Notes: generated from the sequence alone by a model not told the origin. Positions 1 through 13,503 are shown, counted from the first letter of the whole stretch. The stretch: 63,547 nucleotides of DNA, filler included, from Octopus bimaculoides (GCF_001194135.2; 5 parts of 5 records of this genome joined end to end with filler, not necessarily neighbours in it), one strand, 5' to 3'. Made by a program: numbers and translations.

Positions 1-65
1 ATCATTATTATTATTATTATCATCATTATTATTATTATTATCATCATTATTATTATTATTATTAC

Positions 66-131
<66 letters not shown>

Positions 132-183
132 CATCATCATCATCATTATTATTATTATTACTATTATTATTATTATTATTATT
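1..183. repeat. (ATT)n microsatellite with ATC/ACT variants
   Basis: Direct reading of the trinucleotide repeat. Confidence 0.97.
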
Positions 184-405
184 GGTGAGCTGGCAGAATC
201 GTTAGCTTACTGTCAAAATGCTTAGCAGTGTTTTGTCCTCTATGTTCTAAATTCAAATTCTTCTGAGGTCGACTTTACAGTTCATCCTTTCAAGGTCAAT
301 GAAATAAGTATTATTTGAACACTAGCATCAAGGAAATCGACTAAGCTCCTTGTCCTAAAAAATTTCAGGCCTTGTGTTTATAGTAGATAGGATTATCTTC
401 TTCAT
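184..405 (+). mobile_element. SINE family A copy, CpG-decayed
   Basis: Head ggtgagctggcagaatcgttagc, B-box-like gttctaaattcaaattc, core gaggtcgactttacagttcatcctttcaaggtc, tail aatttcaggccttgtg..tagataggattat; matches other copies in the window. Confidence 0.9.
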
Positions 406-860
406 CATCATTATTGGCCCCACATTGAGAAAAGTGTTACATGCATACCTTTTCATACTTGAAGAAGTACTGACAAGGCAGTGTATCAGTGTATCAAGTA
501 CTTCTCAGCATCTTTTAATCATATAAGCAGTGAAATACCACCTGGGCATAGAGTCTCTTCAAGAGATAAGCTTTTGAAGTTTTATATTTTACCTTTCCAA
601 ATTTTCAGGTTACTTTCACTCCACTGTTGCATAAACACTAAAAAGAACATCCTGTTGTAGAATATACACACACACTATACCAATTAACTAGAAAAAGAAG
701 AAACCCCATATGTGCAAAAGAAAGCAGATGTAAGAATACATTTGCTTTTGGAAAATTTTATAATTTGAAAACCAGCATTTTTATAATATTTTATAGAATT
801 TTCCCATATTTTTACTTTTTAATTTTTAGTTGATAAAAAAAATCCCTTTCACTAGAGCAA

Positions 861-920
861 CTCTGTGTTCAAATTCCGTTGAGGTCGACTTTGCCTTTCA
901 TCCTTTTTGGATCTATTCAA
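861..920 (+). mobile_element. SINE family A core fragment
   Basis: gttcaaattccgttgaggtcgactttgcctttcatcc matches the family core. Confidence 0.8.
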
Positions 921-1688
921 GTAGACATACAGATTATTTAATTAATTTTTTTTTAAACTAAATACTTTCAAACTTCCGATACTGGTAGAATGTGTCACAT
1001 AGAACAGGGTTTACTCTTAACGTTTTGGACAAAATTTTGTATTTCAGAAGTTACAGAGTGACAATGGACAAATTCGTGTTTGATAAGTGCCAATACACAA
1101 AACTCTCAGCTTTTTGACTTACTCTCTAACTTCTGCCGATGATATATATACATATTACATATATGTGTAAAAAATTTCATCATGCAATTGAACCAATGAA
1201 AGAGCCTCTAACTGGTTGCTTGACACGCTAAAAATAGCAGCCAAAGTATCCCACTACCTAAATCACACACCCTAGAAATTAAAAATGATGTTTTTGGTTT
1301 ATAAAATGGTTTTAATTTATGAAAATCCAAATATTTACATAAGATTGAAGGTACAATAATAATCATTTTTTATTGCAAAATTAAGTTACTTAAGGTGAGC
1401 CTGGTAACTGATGGTTTTGGGGTCCTGTTATTTTTAACTTTTGGTGAGCCATGGTGCAACCAACAACATGGTAAAAATCCCTGCCATTAATTTGGTGTGG
1501 ATGGGTAATATCAAATAATTCAATCACAACATATATTCAAATTAAACCTGAAAAAAGTTGAAATATTATAATCACTTACATGGAAAAATTGAAATATTAT
1601 CTTTCAGTATTTTATAAGGTAAAATCTTAAATTATTAATTGACTCATTATTAATTGACTCATTATCTTATAACAGCAATACCTGGGAA

Positions 1689-2163
1689 ATTCATGGATTA
1701 CATAGAAAAATGCGAGCATGAAAAGTAATATTCTTAAGATAATAAACCTGGAAAAGTACAAGACAAGTTATTACACATGTAATAGTATAGGACAAACTAT
1801 TACTTCAAGTAAAATAAAGAATAAGAAACTTTTTGCTTAAAATATTGCAGCTAAAATTAAAATTTGAATATTAAAAATTATTTTATTATAGTTTACAAAT
1901 AACACTACACTTATTTAAGTAGAATTTGGCTAATTTACTACCTTAAATACTGTAAAAAGTTGAGAACTGTAAAGAGTGATAAATTAGAAGAAATGGCATT
2001 CTTTGCTGCAATTTTTTTTTTAAGTAAAATGTTTCTTATTTTTTACTTTACTTGAAGTAATAGTTTGTCTTATACTTTTACAGGTGTAATAACTTGTCCT
2101 GTACTTTTCCAGGTTTGTAATATTACTTTTCATGCTTGCATTTTTCCATGTAATATAATGAAT
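1689..2163. repeat. Long imperfect inverted repeat (arms ~1689-1851 and ~2005-2163)
   Basis: Left aaacctggaaaagtacaagacaagttattacac versus right gtgtaataacttgtcctgtacttttccaggttt; complementarity runs across ~160 bp. Confidence 0.9.
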
Positions 2164-3104
2164 GTATGTTGAAATGATCAAAATTAATCAAAGCAGACTA
2201 AAGATGTTAGAAAAAATAGTTGTTAATAAATTTACTGCAGGAAGCATTAAGTAGCCAACTTGAGGGATAAACAATATTTGTTAATCAGTTATATTCCATT
2301 TTGTTTTCCAGCAAATAAGGAAGACTATTCTGAACAGGTTTTGATCTTGTTCTGACCTTATCAAATGCTTAACCTTTACTGTACTTGTTGAAGTAGGTAA
2401 ATGTATAAGACTACTCATTGGTTGGTGGACAAAAATTCGATTAGAGAATAAATAATTCAGAGTTACCATTTGCATGAAGAACAATACTAAAGTTAGTATT
2501 AACATATTTAATGCTGTGAACATTAACAGGTCTTTAGTAAGATGAGTCTCATAGGCAAGATAATGCAGAATTGAACTGCATGTAAAGTAGCTTCATTGGA
2601 AACCCTCAAATCCAAAGCAGAATAAAAATGAAACTAATAATGGTTGTACTGCGTACACACATATATTGTTATTTAGACAAAGTGTTGGATACATTTTTAC
2701 ACTAAAGTTGATTAATGCATGTGTGTGTGTGTGTGTGTATTAGTTTCAACAGCTGATGGTTATTATGTTAATACATGTCTTAACCTATGTACCAAATACG
2801 CACACCACTTTTATCTTTTTATATTTCTTGCTTGGACATGCATGTTAATTTCTCTCTTGATTTTGAAAATAACCTTTCTTCAATATGTTTCAATATAATT
2901 AGTTTAGTGTTTTAAACTGAATTTACCATGAGCTAATTCAAGAAGTCGGTAAATTTATGGCTGTGTGTATGTGAGGAAGAGTTTTTTAATTTAAAATCAA
3001 ATGTCACCATTAATCTAAAGTTTCATAAATTAAAATTATCAGATGTTCTTTATGAGTATACTAAAGGAACTTAGAAAAAATTAAATGGAACACACACACA
3101 TATG

Positions 3105-3322
3105 TATGTATGTGTGTATGTTTCTGTTTGTCCCCTACCACCACTTGACAACTAGTTTTGGTTTGTTTACATCCCTGTAATGTTCAGCAAAAGAAAAAAA
3201 AAATCTAATACAGTAAAAAACTTATAAGTACTGGGATTGATTCATTTGACTAAATCCCCTCAATGCAGTGCTCCAGCATGGCTGCAGTCCGATGGCTGAA
3301 AAAAATAAATAAAGATAAAAGA
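3105..3322 (+). mobile_element. SINE family B, 3' half
   Basis: tttgtcccctaccaccacttgacaac ... gtgctccagcatggctgcagtc ... gctgaaa matches the 3' half of the full copy at 30788. Confidence 0.85.
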
Positions 3323-3721
3323 TATCACACCAATTTTATTACACAGTTTACTATATGAATATATATTTATTGTATAATATACATGAAATAATAATGCTGG
3401 AGTTTACACTTTAAATGTTATTACACAGTCATAGCTACCTTTGGGAAGTCAGGTTTATTTATGACCGCTGTTGGATGAAGCATGAGCTGACAAACTCATG
3501 AAGTTTGTTTTTATCATCACTCTATGACTTGCCAAATATTATTTGTGGTGTAATCATATTTTGCAACAACACTAAACACATACCTTAAGATTATTAGCTA
3601 GTTATAAAGGTTTAAGTACGCTGAATTAAATGAACATGTTAAATCTCTGTAAATCTCATTCAGTATCAGAAAAACCTCTATATTCTATGTTTTCTAAATA
3701 TTTTACTAGAACGATTTTCTA

Positions 3722-3927
3722 CTATAGACACAAGGCCTGAAATTCCATGGGAGGGATCTAGTTGATTACACTAACCTAGTTCTCAGCTTGTACATATTTT
3801 ATGGATCCCCAAAAGATGAAAAGCAAAGTAGATCTTGGAGGCATTTTGAACTCAGAATGTATAGGTGGAAGAAATGCCATAAAGCATTTTGTCTGGCATG
3901 TTTAACAATTTTGCCAGCTTACTGCCA
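3722..3927 (-). mobile_element. SINE family A copy
   Basis: Reverse complement gives the ggcagtaagctggcaaaattgttaaac head, ttctgagttcaaaat and the aatttcaggccttgtgtctatagt tail. Confidence 0.85.
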
Positions 3928-4164
3928 TTGTGTCTTGCTAAAATTAGTATGATACACTACCATGATAAACTGGTATCAACTGATAGCCCATCAACAAATT
4001 TATAGAAGCAATATTTTGGGGGTGGCCATGGGTTTTCTGTTGGTGTAATATTTATTAATTTTGCATTTATTACTTAAAATATAAATTTCTTGCCTTATTT
4101 ATCACTTTTGGGTTGTGAGTGAGTTGATGACACGTCATAAATAGCAGATTAAATAATCAATAAC

Positions 4165-5028
4165 AATAGAAGCAGTATTAATATCAAAAGGCAATCTTGA
4201 TCTCCAACTTAACATGAAGGTTGCGTTAGAACCAAAAATATCTCATTATTTACAATCACTCATATGGACTCAAGGTGCATACTCATAATTATATTGTTGA
4301 TAGATGAGAACTGTCTCCTACAGCTGCTAGAACTGCTAGGTGAAGTGATTTCACCCTGCTATGAGTTTTTCAGTGACATATGTCCAGCAGCAACATAAAA
4401 ACCGAATCTCCCATCATGGTATATAGAATATCAGTGTCTATTCATCACTGGTATCAGTAGGCTTATTAGAAAAACATTAATAGGGAGGAGCCCATACCAG
4501 GATAAAATCATGTGATCTGGCAATTCTGGTGACTATAACAGACAGTTCTCACTTGTCAACAATATAATTACAAGTGCTTTTATGCATCAAGAGTCCATGT
4601 GAGTGATCTTCTCAAGGTAAATAACACAGTATTCTGTGTTCTAACACAACCTCCATGTTAAGATGGAAATCAAGATTGCCTTTTGGTATTAATACTACTT
4701 CTTATTAATATTACTTCTGTCACTATTAATTACCTTTTAATAAGCCCACTGGCTATTTGCGATATCAGTGCCTGAATAGACACTGATATTGTATATATTG
4801 TTGATGGGAGATTCAGCTGTTATGTCGCTGCTGGACATCTGTCACTGAGGAGATCATAGCAGGGTGAAATCACGTGATCTGGAAGTTTCAGCAGCCTTAG
4901 CAGACACCTCTTGTCTGTCAGTGATATAATTATAAATGCTATTATGCACCATGAAACCACATTAGTAAATAACATGATATTCTGTGTTCTAACACAACCT
5001 CCATGTTAAGTTGGGTATCAAGATTGCC
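4165..5028. repeat. Three-copy repeat: inverted unit (4165-4471), partial direct unit (4498-4706) and full direct unit (4736-5028)
   Basis: tattctgtgttctaacacaacctccatgttaag occurs in both direct copies. The reverse complement of 4165-4471 aligns with 4736-5028 along its length (e.g. tgaatagacactgatatt, catagcagggtgaaatcac, tcaagattgcc). Confidence 0.9.
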
Positions 5029-7846
5029 AACATAAATATTTTGAAATGTTCGATAATTCTTAAAAACATTTAATTCTAAAACAGTAATATAATTAGTTCT
5101 CCTAACAAAGTATTCTTGGATATTATGCGCACTAAGAAGATTGAAGATTACCCCACTTAAGATAACAGTATTGTTTGGCAAGTCATATAATGACTACTTT
5201 TCCTTGATGAGGAAGCCAACAAGCTAATGTGAAACAATTTGCAGGGTTGTCATTCATGCTTTATGGCTTGCCAAATATATTAATTAAATAACCCCACTTC
5301 TTAAAATTTTCAGTGCACCATTGCAATCTGGTCTATGATGCAGTGGACCTGTATTTATCAAAATTTTGACAGTTCAAGAGATAAAGTGAAAATGCGAATA
5401 TAGCAGCATTCTGGCATACCTTGATTTGTGTCAGTAACTGGTTCTAAGACGTTGCGATTTAACTTGTAAGACTTGTAACTTAACTTGCTCAAAAAACTGT
5501 TACAAAAATTCCTTGAAATACATTTAAAAAAGACTACTAAGCATTTAAGTAAAGATAAACAAGTTTACTTCTGTTTTAATAAATTATTTGTGTGTATTTT
5601 CATATGTATTTTTGAACTGTTTTTAATCTTTGACTTCAGGATTGGTTTTTATGTGTTTTTCATTTTATTTAATTATGCTTTTAAATATGTTTGCCGAGTC
5701 CGGTGTAAAGTAGAAAAAGACATTATTTAAATGACATAAGTTGAGGTATACCTGTATATATTATGATTTTAGAAGGCTAAACTGGCTGTGCTGTGATGTA
5801 ATTGTTTCAGTTTCAATACATGGTCTCAGGTCAAGTTGTTTATTATTAAAATAATACTACTTATTATTTTCAGCAAGATTTAAATAATTTTTAGTATATG
5901 AATATCATAAAAATTCAAATATCTGAATTAACATTGAGGTTTGTAGCTTGACTTACTAGAGATAGCAGCTAGATTTCCCTTATTGTTTAATGAGATGGTA
6001 TATACTACTTTTGTTATCTAAAAGAAAGAAAAAAAGATGGCCAGGATGCTTTTCACACAAGATTTGCTCTTATATGTATATACATAAATATATGTGTGTG
6101 TATACACACATAAGCACAAATGTGTGCACACATGCACACACACACTTACATGTACATATATTAAATAATTATGTTTCCTTAATTTTCTATTTTAAAACCA
6201 GTTTAAGGCTGCCCTGGTTTCTCCATGATTGCCAATACAAAGAGAATTCTGTCATAACATTGACAGCAGTGAAAATCAAGAAATGTATCTTCCTTATAAA
6301 TAGCTCAAATACGTACATGTATAGTGGAGATACTGTTGGCTGTACTTTCTCCACATCTATAAGCAATGTTCTTTTCAATGTATCTTCACAAATATTAATG
6401 TTATAACTATGTCAGATAAGCTTTTGTGAAGTAGTTTGCATATTTAGCTGAGTGTGATGCATCTGTAATTAAAAGATTCATTTTTGTGACTGTCTAAAAG
6501 AAAATATTACTTGAGTAATATGCATATGTATGTGTTACACTTCATGTGTGTACATATATATATTCTTTGCTTTGTGCAGCCTATTAATATACTTAATTCT
6601 AAAATAATTTATTTGCTGATCAGAATATAGTTTATTCTTTAACCTCAAAGTATGCAACTAGCCTGTTATCATAATCGCTGCTTTTTATGATTTTATTTTA
6701 TCAGAAACTAAATTCTATGTTGTTACTTGAAATATCTTTCTGTATCTTAGAGTAGCAGACAGCCTGTATTTTGTACATTGGAGAAATATCATTGGTTGGT
6801 AATCTCATTAACATGAAATTGGGCAAAAGTTCATTGATCTTATAATTATAGACCTTAGCTACTGTTCTGCTAAGTTCTTCACAGGAGCTGATTATCTCCT
6901 TTTCAAAGCATTCATATGTTAAACAGTATTAAAGAATGCTATTCTGAACATTTCCAGTGCAATAATACATTCATGTTTCTATGCTTGAGAATTATTCTAT
7001 TTCTTTCTGCTTTGCTGAATGCAAGTTGAATTTTGCAGCTGTAAGTTCTGTTAGTTATTTACTATTTCCATTCCAAGTGTCAGACTATCCATTTTTACAC
7101 CCACTGATAGCTATCCATTTGTTTCTCTATCAAGTGTTTGCTGCTTACTACTTTCCACAGATGTGATCAATAAATAATAGAAGAGATTTAATTAGTAATT
7201 TATATTATTAATGAATTCTTTCTGTTTTTATTAGTATGCATAAAGTTTATACATTTTTAGCTATTTGAATAGGAAGCAAAGCAACCGTAATATTTTTTGG
7301 AGAGCAAAATGAAATTATGAATTTATGCAAGAAGCTGAATTTTTTTAAATATAAATTTTGAATGTCAGTTATTTGGTATGGTAAAAAATATGCATAATTT
7401 TACTAGATCTTAGCCTTCACATCTCGAATGTTTTGTCCATAAAAGTTATGGGCTGTTATGTATTCTTAAGGGCTAAAATAGGCAACTTCATTACAGTTTC
7501 CTAATATACTTGGTGCAACAATCAAATTTTCCTGAATAAACTAAATGAAACAACATGTTTTAGGTTATAAATCTTAGTATGTTGTGCCCCACAATAAGGA
7601 TGAGATGGCTACACTAAAAACATATCAAAATATTGAGGGTGCTTTGTTTATTAGTTACCTCTACCCTGTGTATTTATTTTATTTTATTTATTTATTATTT
7701 TTTTTGCAGAGCTGTGTTTATGATAATAGTAAAAACTTCTTTAAGAATACAGAATTTTTTAATAACTCATCTAAAATCAGTATGGTAAAATATTCATTAA
7801 ATGGGAGTGTGGAGAAACTAAAACCAAAACAAATAGCAAATACTTT

Positions 7847-7890
7847 TATTATGCACTAAAAATTGCAATTGCAATTTTCAGTGCATTATA
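7847..7890. repeat. Short palindrome centred on attgcaattgcaat
   Basis: tattatgcactaaaaattgcaattgcaattttcagtgcattata is nearly self-complementary. Confidence 0.8.
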
Positions 7891-9237
7891 AATTTTATTT
7901 GCTATTTTGATGTATTTGACTGTACAATATTCCATTCAAAATTTGGTTTTGAATAAAATATTAAATTAATAATTTTGTGAAAATCTTTAGATCAATTTTT
8001 CAGCTTATGTAATATTAATCTTTGATAGAATATAAGATTTGAACTATGTCCAATGTGATAAGCAGTATTATAGTATACTGTACTGTTAACAATTACGACT
8101 AGTATTTGAATTGCTTTTTGTAGTATATATAGTAAGTTTGTTAGCAGCTAGACAGCATAAAACCCCATGAGGCTATCAATACAGTCAGGTGAAATGGAAT
8201 GAAATAAACAGAGGAATAAGACATTCTGAAAATCTATTTTTGTTAAATTTTGTTTTGATTATACTGGAATGGAATCACCTGTTTCTTTCAGACTAAAAGA
8301 GTTAAACACTGCTTGAGAAATCTTAGTGCAGAACAGGTGCTGTAAACATTCAATTTCTTGAATTTACTGCTGGTAACCTGGGGATGAGTGATCACAACTA
8401 CTAAATTCAACTGGTGGAATTGAACATTAACTATACCATCACTTGATTGTGTAAAAATAAAAAAATAAAATAGCAACAACAATATAAACTATGTCTACTC
8501 CTTTATGGGCCTATGTAAAATAAGTAAATAAATAAATAAATGATAAATGCAGACAGATATCTTGCTGGAGGCTTGATAACAGGTAAAGTATTTGATTTCA
8601 AAACTGTACTCAAAAAGTTCTTGTTAGAATAAAGCAAGAACAAATCCTGACTAGTAGTAGCAATAGTAAAAAGGGTATATTTATTATATAAAATTTATAC
8701 TTCATGGCAGAATCATTGAATAAACATGGTATCACATCACTGGCTTTTGGATAATAAATTCATGGGTTGTTATAGAGAGATGTATTTTGCCTCTTAGTTT
8801 GTGTTCCATTGACTTGAAAACAGACCTTCTTTCTTGAAAATTTGTAAAGTAAGACACTAAAATTGTAGAGCGTAAGTGGTGGTCTACATTAACAAGTTTA
8901 TAATATAAAATAAGTTGGTTTGCCATTAGTCTTTTGTGAGTGCTTCCTCTCATTCTTTGAAGTAGAACGCTGCTATAAATATTTGAATTCTCTTCTGGAA
9001 AATTACCTGCTGTTTCCTTGCCAGATGGAAATTATAGCATTTACTTAACATTACTGAAAGCATTGTATATTTTTTTTAAAGAGACTAATTTTAGATGTTT
9101 AATCATGTAGAAAGAGAGAAGAAACAAAGGAATACGTCATGGTACTTAAACATCCAACCTTTGATAAGTACCTTGTCATATTTGACAAATACATCTCTAG
9201 CTCCTGAGTATTTTTTCATTGATATATATATATAATT

Positions 9238-9412
9238 TATATAAGGGCATTACTATACAATAATGCCTCACACTTAGAGGGACTTCATAAGTCAAAACTA
9301 CCAAAATAAGTGCATTTTTACGCGATCGGTAAAAATGTGCTTATTTTGGTAGTTTTGACTTATGAAGTCCCTCTAAGCGTGAGGCATTATTGTATAGTAA
9401 TACCCTTATATA
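9238..9412. repeat. Near-perfect 84-bp-stem hairpin, probably a palindromic MITE
   Basis: Arms 9238-9321 and 9329-9412, 7-nt loop gcgatcg, only 4 non-Watson-Crick positions, TA-rich flanks. Confidence 0.92.
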
Positions 9413-9889
9413 GATTAAATTATATATATTTATGGAAAAAAATGATGGGCTTTTTTTTCCTTATGAGGTTTTTTCACACTGACTACTTGATAAATTCTTA
9501 TAAAGATTTTATCCTTACATTATATTATATATATATATATAACTTATAAATAAGTAGATCATTTAGTTTTTCAATCAAACACATTCTTTTACTTATACCG
9601 ATGATTAAAGTTTCTGAATTCATATTGAGGGAGAAGCCATCCCAAATGCAATAAGTCATGCCAATAATCAGAATAATTTGATGAGTCATTCAGTTTTAAA
9701 AGAAATCTACCAAAGTTTGTAAAAGTTTCATATCATCTCCACACTTTAGTTTTTGCATCTAATTACTTTTATAATTGATAGTAGTTAAAACGAAGATGCT
9801 TATTTTATCATTGTACAATATGTGATATGAATGTTTAAAGTTTTCCAAGAAACCAACTGAATATTTTGAAATGTATTTTGCATGTATAA

Positions 9890-10072
9890 AAATGTGTATA
9901 TGGACATGTATGTATATATGTATATGTATGTGTATATATATCTATGTGTTTATGTGTACATGTATGTATATGTATGTGTATACGTATAAGCACATATATA
10001 TATGTATGTATATGCATGTGCATATATGAATATATGTATGTGTATATGGATATGTATGTATATGTCTATCTA

Positions 10073-10139
<67 letters not shown>
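9890..10139. repeat. Compound (TA)n/(TATG)n microsatellite
   Basis: Direct reading. Confidence 0.95.
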
Positions 10140-10141
<2 letters not shown>

Positions 10142-10415
10142 GTCAGACGGGACCTTGATGAATGCCATGAGGCAGGAAAGTATACTAGTCCTTATATATT
10201 TAATACTCAATATTTCATATATTCAATAAGACATTCAATACTTCATTTCATTTTACTATTTATATTATATATTCCATATTCTATATCCCACATTAATTTT
10301 ATAAGAATATAAATAAAACATAAAAAAACAGAGTTGGAACTCTTTTAAATAATATATTCCTCTATACATGATCATACAAAACCCTTTTTTATATTTTTTA
10401 ATTTTTATTTTTATT

Positions 10416-10470
<55 letters not shown>

Positions 10471-11221
10471 CTGTGTGTGGTGTATATCTAGAAAGAATTA
10501 GCTTGAATTACTTTGATCATTGTAATATAAAGAACTGCATGCAGCAGCCAATTTGGAAAAATTTTTGGTGTGAAGAAACAAGTTATCTCTGAGTTGTTAA
10601 TGTAGTAGGCTCTAGAATTTGAGTAAAATGGAGTTTCATTGATTTTCAGTTGCTTCAAATTAATGTGTCTCAAAAATAGCAGGCTCCTATTTGAAATTCA
10701 TTTTAAAATATGAACTAAGGAAAAATCTACAGATTGTGGATTCCTATATAGATGTGGCGGTGTGTTTCTGTTTGTGAATAATATTTTAAGCAACTGTAAA
10801 TTTTAGATGTTCAAACTTTACAGTTTTTGAATAACCAGATATTAAAACTTGTGAAGATGTTGTCTGAGATAATGTAGGTAATCATTTAATTAAAATTGAT
10901 TAAATGTTCAAAGTTCAGTTATTCCTGTCCAAATGTTTTCTTATTTTTTCTCCTTATGATGTAATAAATGCAATGAATTGATAACCATCTTTAAACTTTA
11001 AAATATACAGGAGTGTCCTTTCTGCAAACACTATTTTCATTCATTCATCTTTTTGTCCTTATCATTGTTTTACCTTCTCTCAAATAGTAACATAGCATGT
11101 ATGTGTGTGTATACGTGCAATATGTTTCGACTTCCTAGTGTTGAATCTTCTGTTTCTGCATCCCTTGGTAATTTTTCTGTGTTGGATGAAAATCATGTCT
11201 GAGCACCCAGTTCTTTATCAT

Positions 11222-11525
11222 TCATCTTTTACTACATGTTACAGTCATTGGACTGTGGCCATGCTGGGGCACCACTTTGGAAGGTTTAGTTGAACAGATC
11301 ATCTCTAGTACTTATTTTATTAAATTTGGTAGTCTGTTGGTCTTTTACTGAATTTTTAAGTTATGGGTTCCTAACAAACCAACAATGGTCGTCAAGCTGT
11401 GGGGTGGGGACAAACCACACACACATATAATATAAGACAACATTTGCCCAAGGTGCTATGCAATGGGACTGAACCTGAAACCGTGTGGTTGCAAAGCGAG
11501 CTTCTTAACCACACAGCTATGCCTG
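11222..11525 (-). mobile_element. SINE family B, full length
   Basis: Reverse complement has a tRNA-like head (gctgtgtggttaagaagctcgc...ggtttcaggttcagtccc), ttgggcaaatgttgtctt, an internal microsatellite and the cagcatggccacagtcc tail. Confidence 0.88.
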
Positions 11526-11677
11526 TTTGATCAACAGGAATACCTACTCTTTGAAGTAGTGTGTATGTGGTTTCAATATTTTGCAGAAACATGTACCTTT
11601 AATGTAATTCTCAAGTACACTCAGTGTAACACAGTGGAACAATGTTATTGGCTCTTCAAATTGCCAGTACAGTCCAT

Positions 11678-11848
11678 CTGAAGGGTTTCTTGTCCATTGC
11701 AAAATTACTCATTTTTATCAGCTGAGTGGACTGGAGCAATGTGAAATGAATTGTCTTGTTCAAGAATACAATCTGTTGCCCAGTACAGAAATCAAAACTG
11801 CAATCTTACGATCATGAGTGCAACATCTTAACCACTAAGCCATGTGCC
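11678..11848 (-). mobile_element. SINE family C copy
   Basis: Reverse complement gives ggaggcacatggcttagtggttaagatg (A-box-like) and tgctccagtccactcagctg, as in the copies at 16873 and 54684. Confidence 0.8.
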
Positions 11849-11904
11849 TCCACACATACACACACACATTTATAACTATCTATCTGTCTGTCTGTCTATA
11901 TATA

Positions 11905-12602
11905 CTTGTGGCTATGGCGAAAGAATGTGTATGGTGGACGCGTCTGAAAGGTCTAGAGACAAAGACTTTCCTCTCTGGGCAATCTCTCATCAACTTCTTC
12001 AAGTATCACCTGAAGAGGAAGTTGAGAGTAGAAAGGGAAGTCTTGTCTAGTGAATGCTTCAAAAAAAGATGGGTGAATGTAGCAAGGATGGCACGTGTGA
12101 ACGACGGAGCCATCTTGAGCATAACCCTATGAACAAGAAAAAAAAAAAAGAACAAAAAGGCAAAAGAGAGTCACTTACTGTTATAGTTTCTTCAATGAGA
12201 ATATTGACCAAGGTTACCGTGGTCTTTTCCGTGGGCTTTTCCTTCCACGGNNNNNNNNNNNNNNNNNNNNNNNNNNNNNNNNNNNNNNNNNNNNNNNNNN
12301 NNNNNNNNNNNNNNNNNNNNNNNNNNNNNNNNNNNNNNNNNNNNNNNNNNNNNNNNNNNNNNNNNNNNNNNNNNNNNNNNNNNNNNNNNNNNNNNNNNNN
12401 NNNNNNNNNNNNNNNNNNNNNNNNNNNNNNNNNNNNNNNNNNNNNNNNNNNNNNNNNNNNNNNNNNNNNNNNNNNNNNNNNNNNNNNNNNNNNNNNNNNN
12501 NNNNNNNNNNNNNNNNNNNNNNNNNNNNNNNNNNNNNNNNNNNNNNNNNNNNNNNNNNNNNNNNNNNNNNNNNNCAAGGTAGTATCAAAAGGTTTCTGGT
12601 TA
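11905..12602 (+). mobile_element. L1/Tx1-clade LINE 3' fragment (ORF2 C-terminus to stop at 12132, then 3'UTR; partly in a gap)
   Basis: LVAMAKECVWWTRLKGLETKTFLSGQSLINFFKYHLKRKLRVEREVLSSECFKKRW fits the Tx1 ORF2 C-terminal pattern and aligns with the second remnant at ~42.1 kb. Flanked by microsatellites. Confidence 0.75.
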
Positions 12603-12630
12603 ATATATATATATATATATATATATATTA

Positions 12631-13503
12631 CGAGTGGTATGAAAAGGTTCCCGGACTAGTTATGTTTAATAAAAAATAAATTATTTACCCAAGTTTTAAC
12701 ATCGTCTCCTTTGGAATCATCACCTTGTACAGCAATACACCATTCCCAGCATTCCTCCCACTGTTGGAATCTGGTCTCTGGAAGCTGTTCTCTGTAAGCA
12801 AACCGAGGACCTTCTGCGATTCTACTCTCGATCTTGGCAACGGTATTAAAACAGCACTCGTTGAGCTGCACTTTCATCTTGGGGAAGAGATAGAAGTCTG
12901 CAGGTGCTACATCTGGTGAATAGGGCAGGTGTGGAAGCAATATCTTGCTTGTTTTCGAGGAGAGCTCAGTGAAGAATCCAATTCTTCATGCTCCACAGAT
13001 CTGGTCACTTTTGCTGACCTCAAATACTTCAAAACCTCACAGTAGAACTCTCGATTGATCTGGCCCTGAGGAATAAATTCTCAATGCACAATTTCACATT
13101 TCTGGAGGGTGATGCTTGTGGCAGGTCTTCCAGTTTGCTCATCATTTTCCAAATGTTCTTCCACTTTTGAGGTGCTTGTGCCACTTGAAACATTGCTTAC
13201 GACGCATTGCTTCATTCTTGTAAGCTTGCTGATGCATACTCAATGTCTCTGTTGCAGACATCCCAATTTTAATGCAAAATATCACGATGGCTCCTTGTTC
13301 CTGTTCAATGACTAAATTGCAGACGACAGCATACACATGATCACAAAAACACAAATTTCATAACTTGCGAAGTGAATGCACCAATGTCGCTTGCCACACT
13401 GTCTCATGAAAGCCACTGCTTGCTCTCACTGTGCACGCAATCATGTGCTGTCATCTGTTGGTGTGCTACAGAACTAGTTTGGAAACTTTTCGATACTACC
13501 TCA
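12631..13503 (-). mobile_element. Internally deleted mariner (DD34D-type) transposon, transposase pseudogene
   Basis: YSPDVAPADFYLFPKMK matches the YSPDLAP motif. N-terminal HTH EQGAIVIFCIKIGMSATET...CFKWHKHLKSGR. Degenerate TIRs cgagtggtatgaaaaggttcccggactagt / actagtttggaaacttttcgatactacctca, with TA at 12629-30 and 13504-05. Confidence 0.93.

Noticed and set aside
440-9010. Several possible small exons in the first CpG-poor block (e.g. YFFKYEK, HLFCTKISQAVFNSFSLKET, TKRVKHCLRNLSAEQ) and ORFs at 2281, 6187, 8288 and 8732
   Set aside because: Splice sites are weak, strands are inconsistent and no protein is recognisable, so a gene model could not be assembled.
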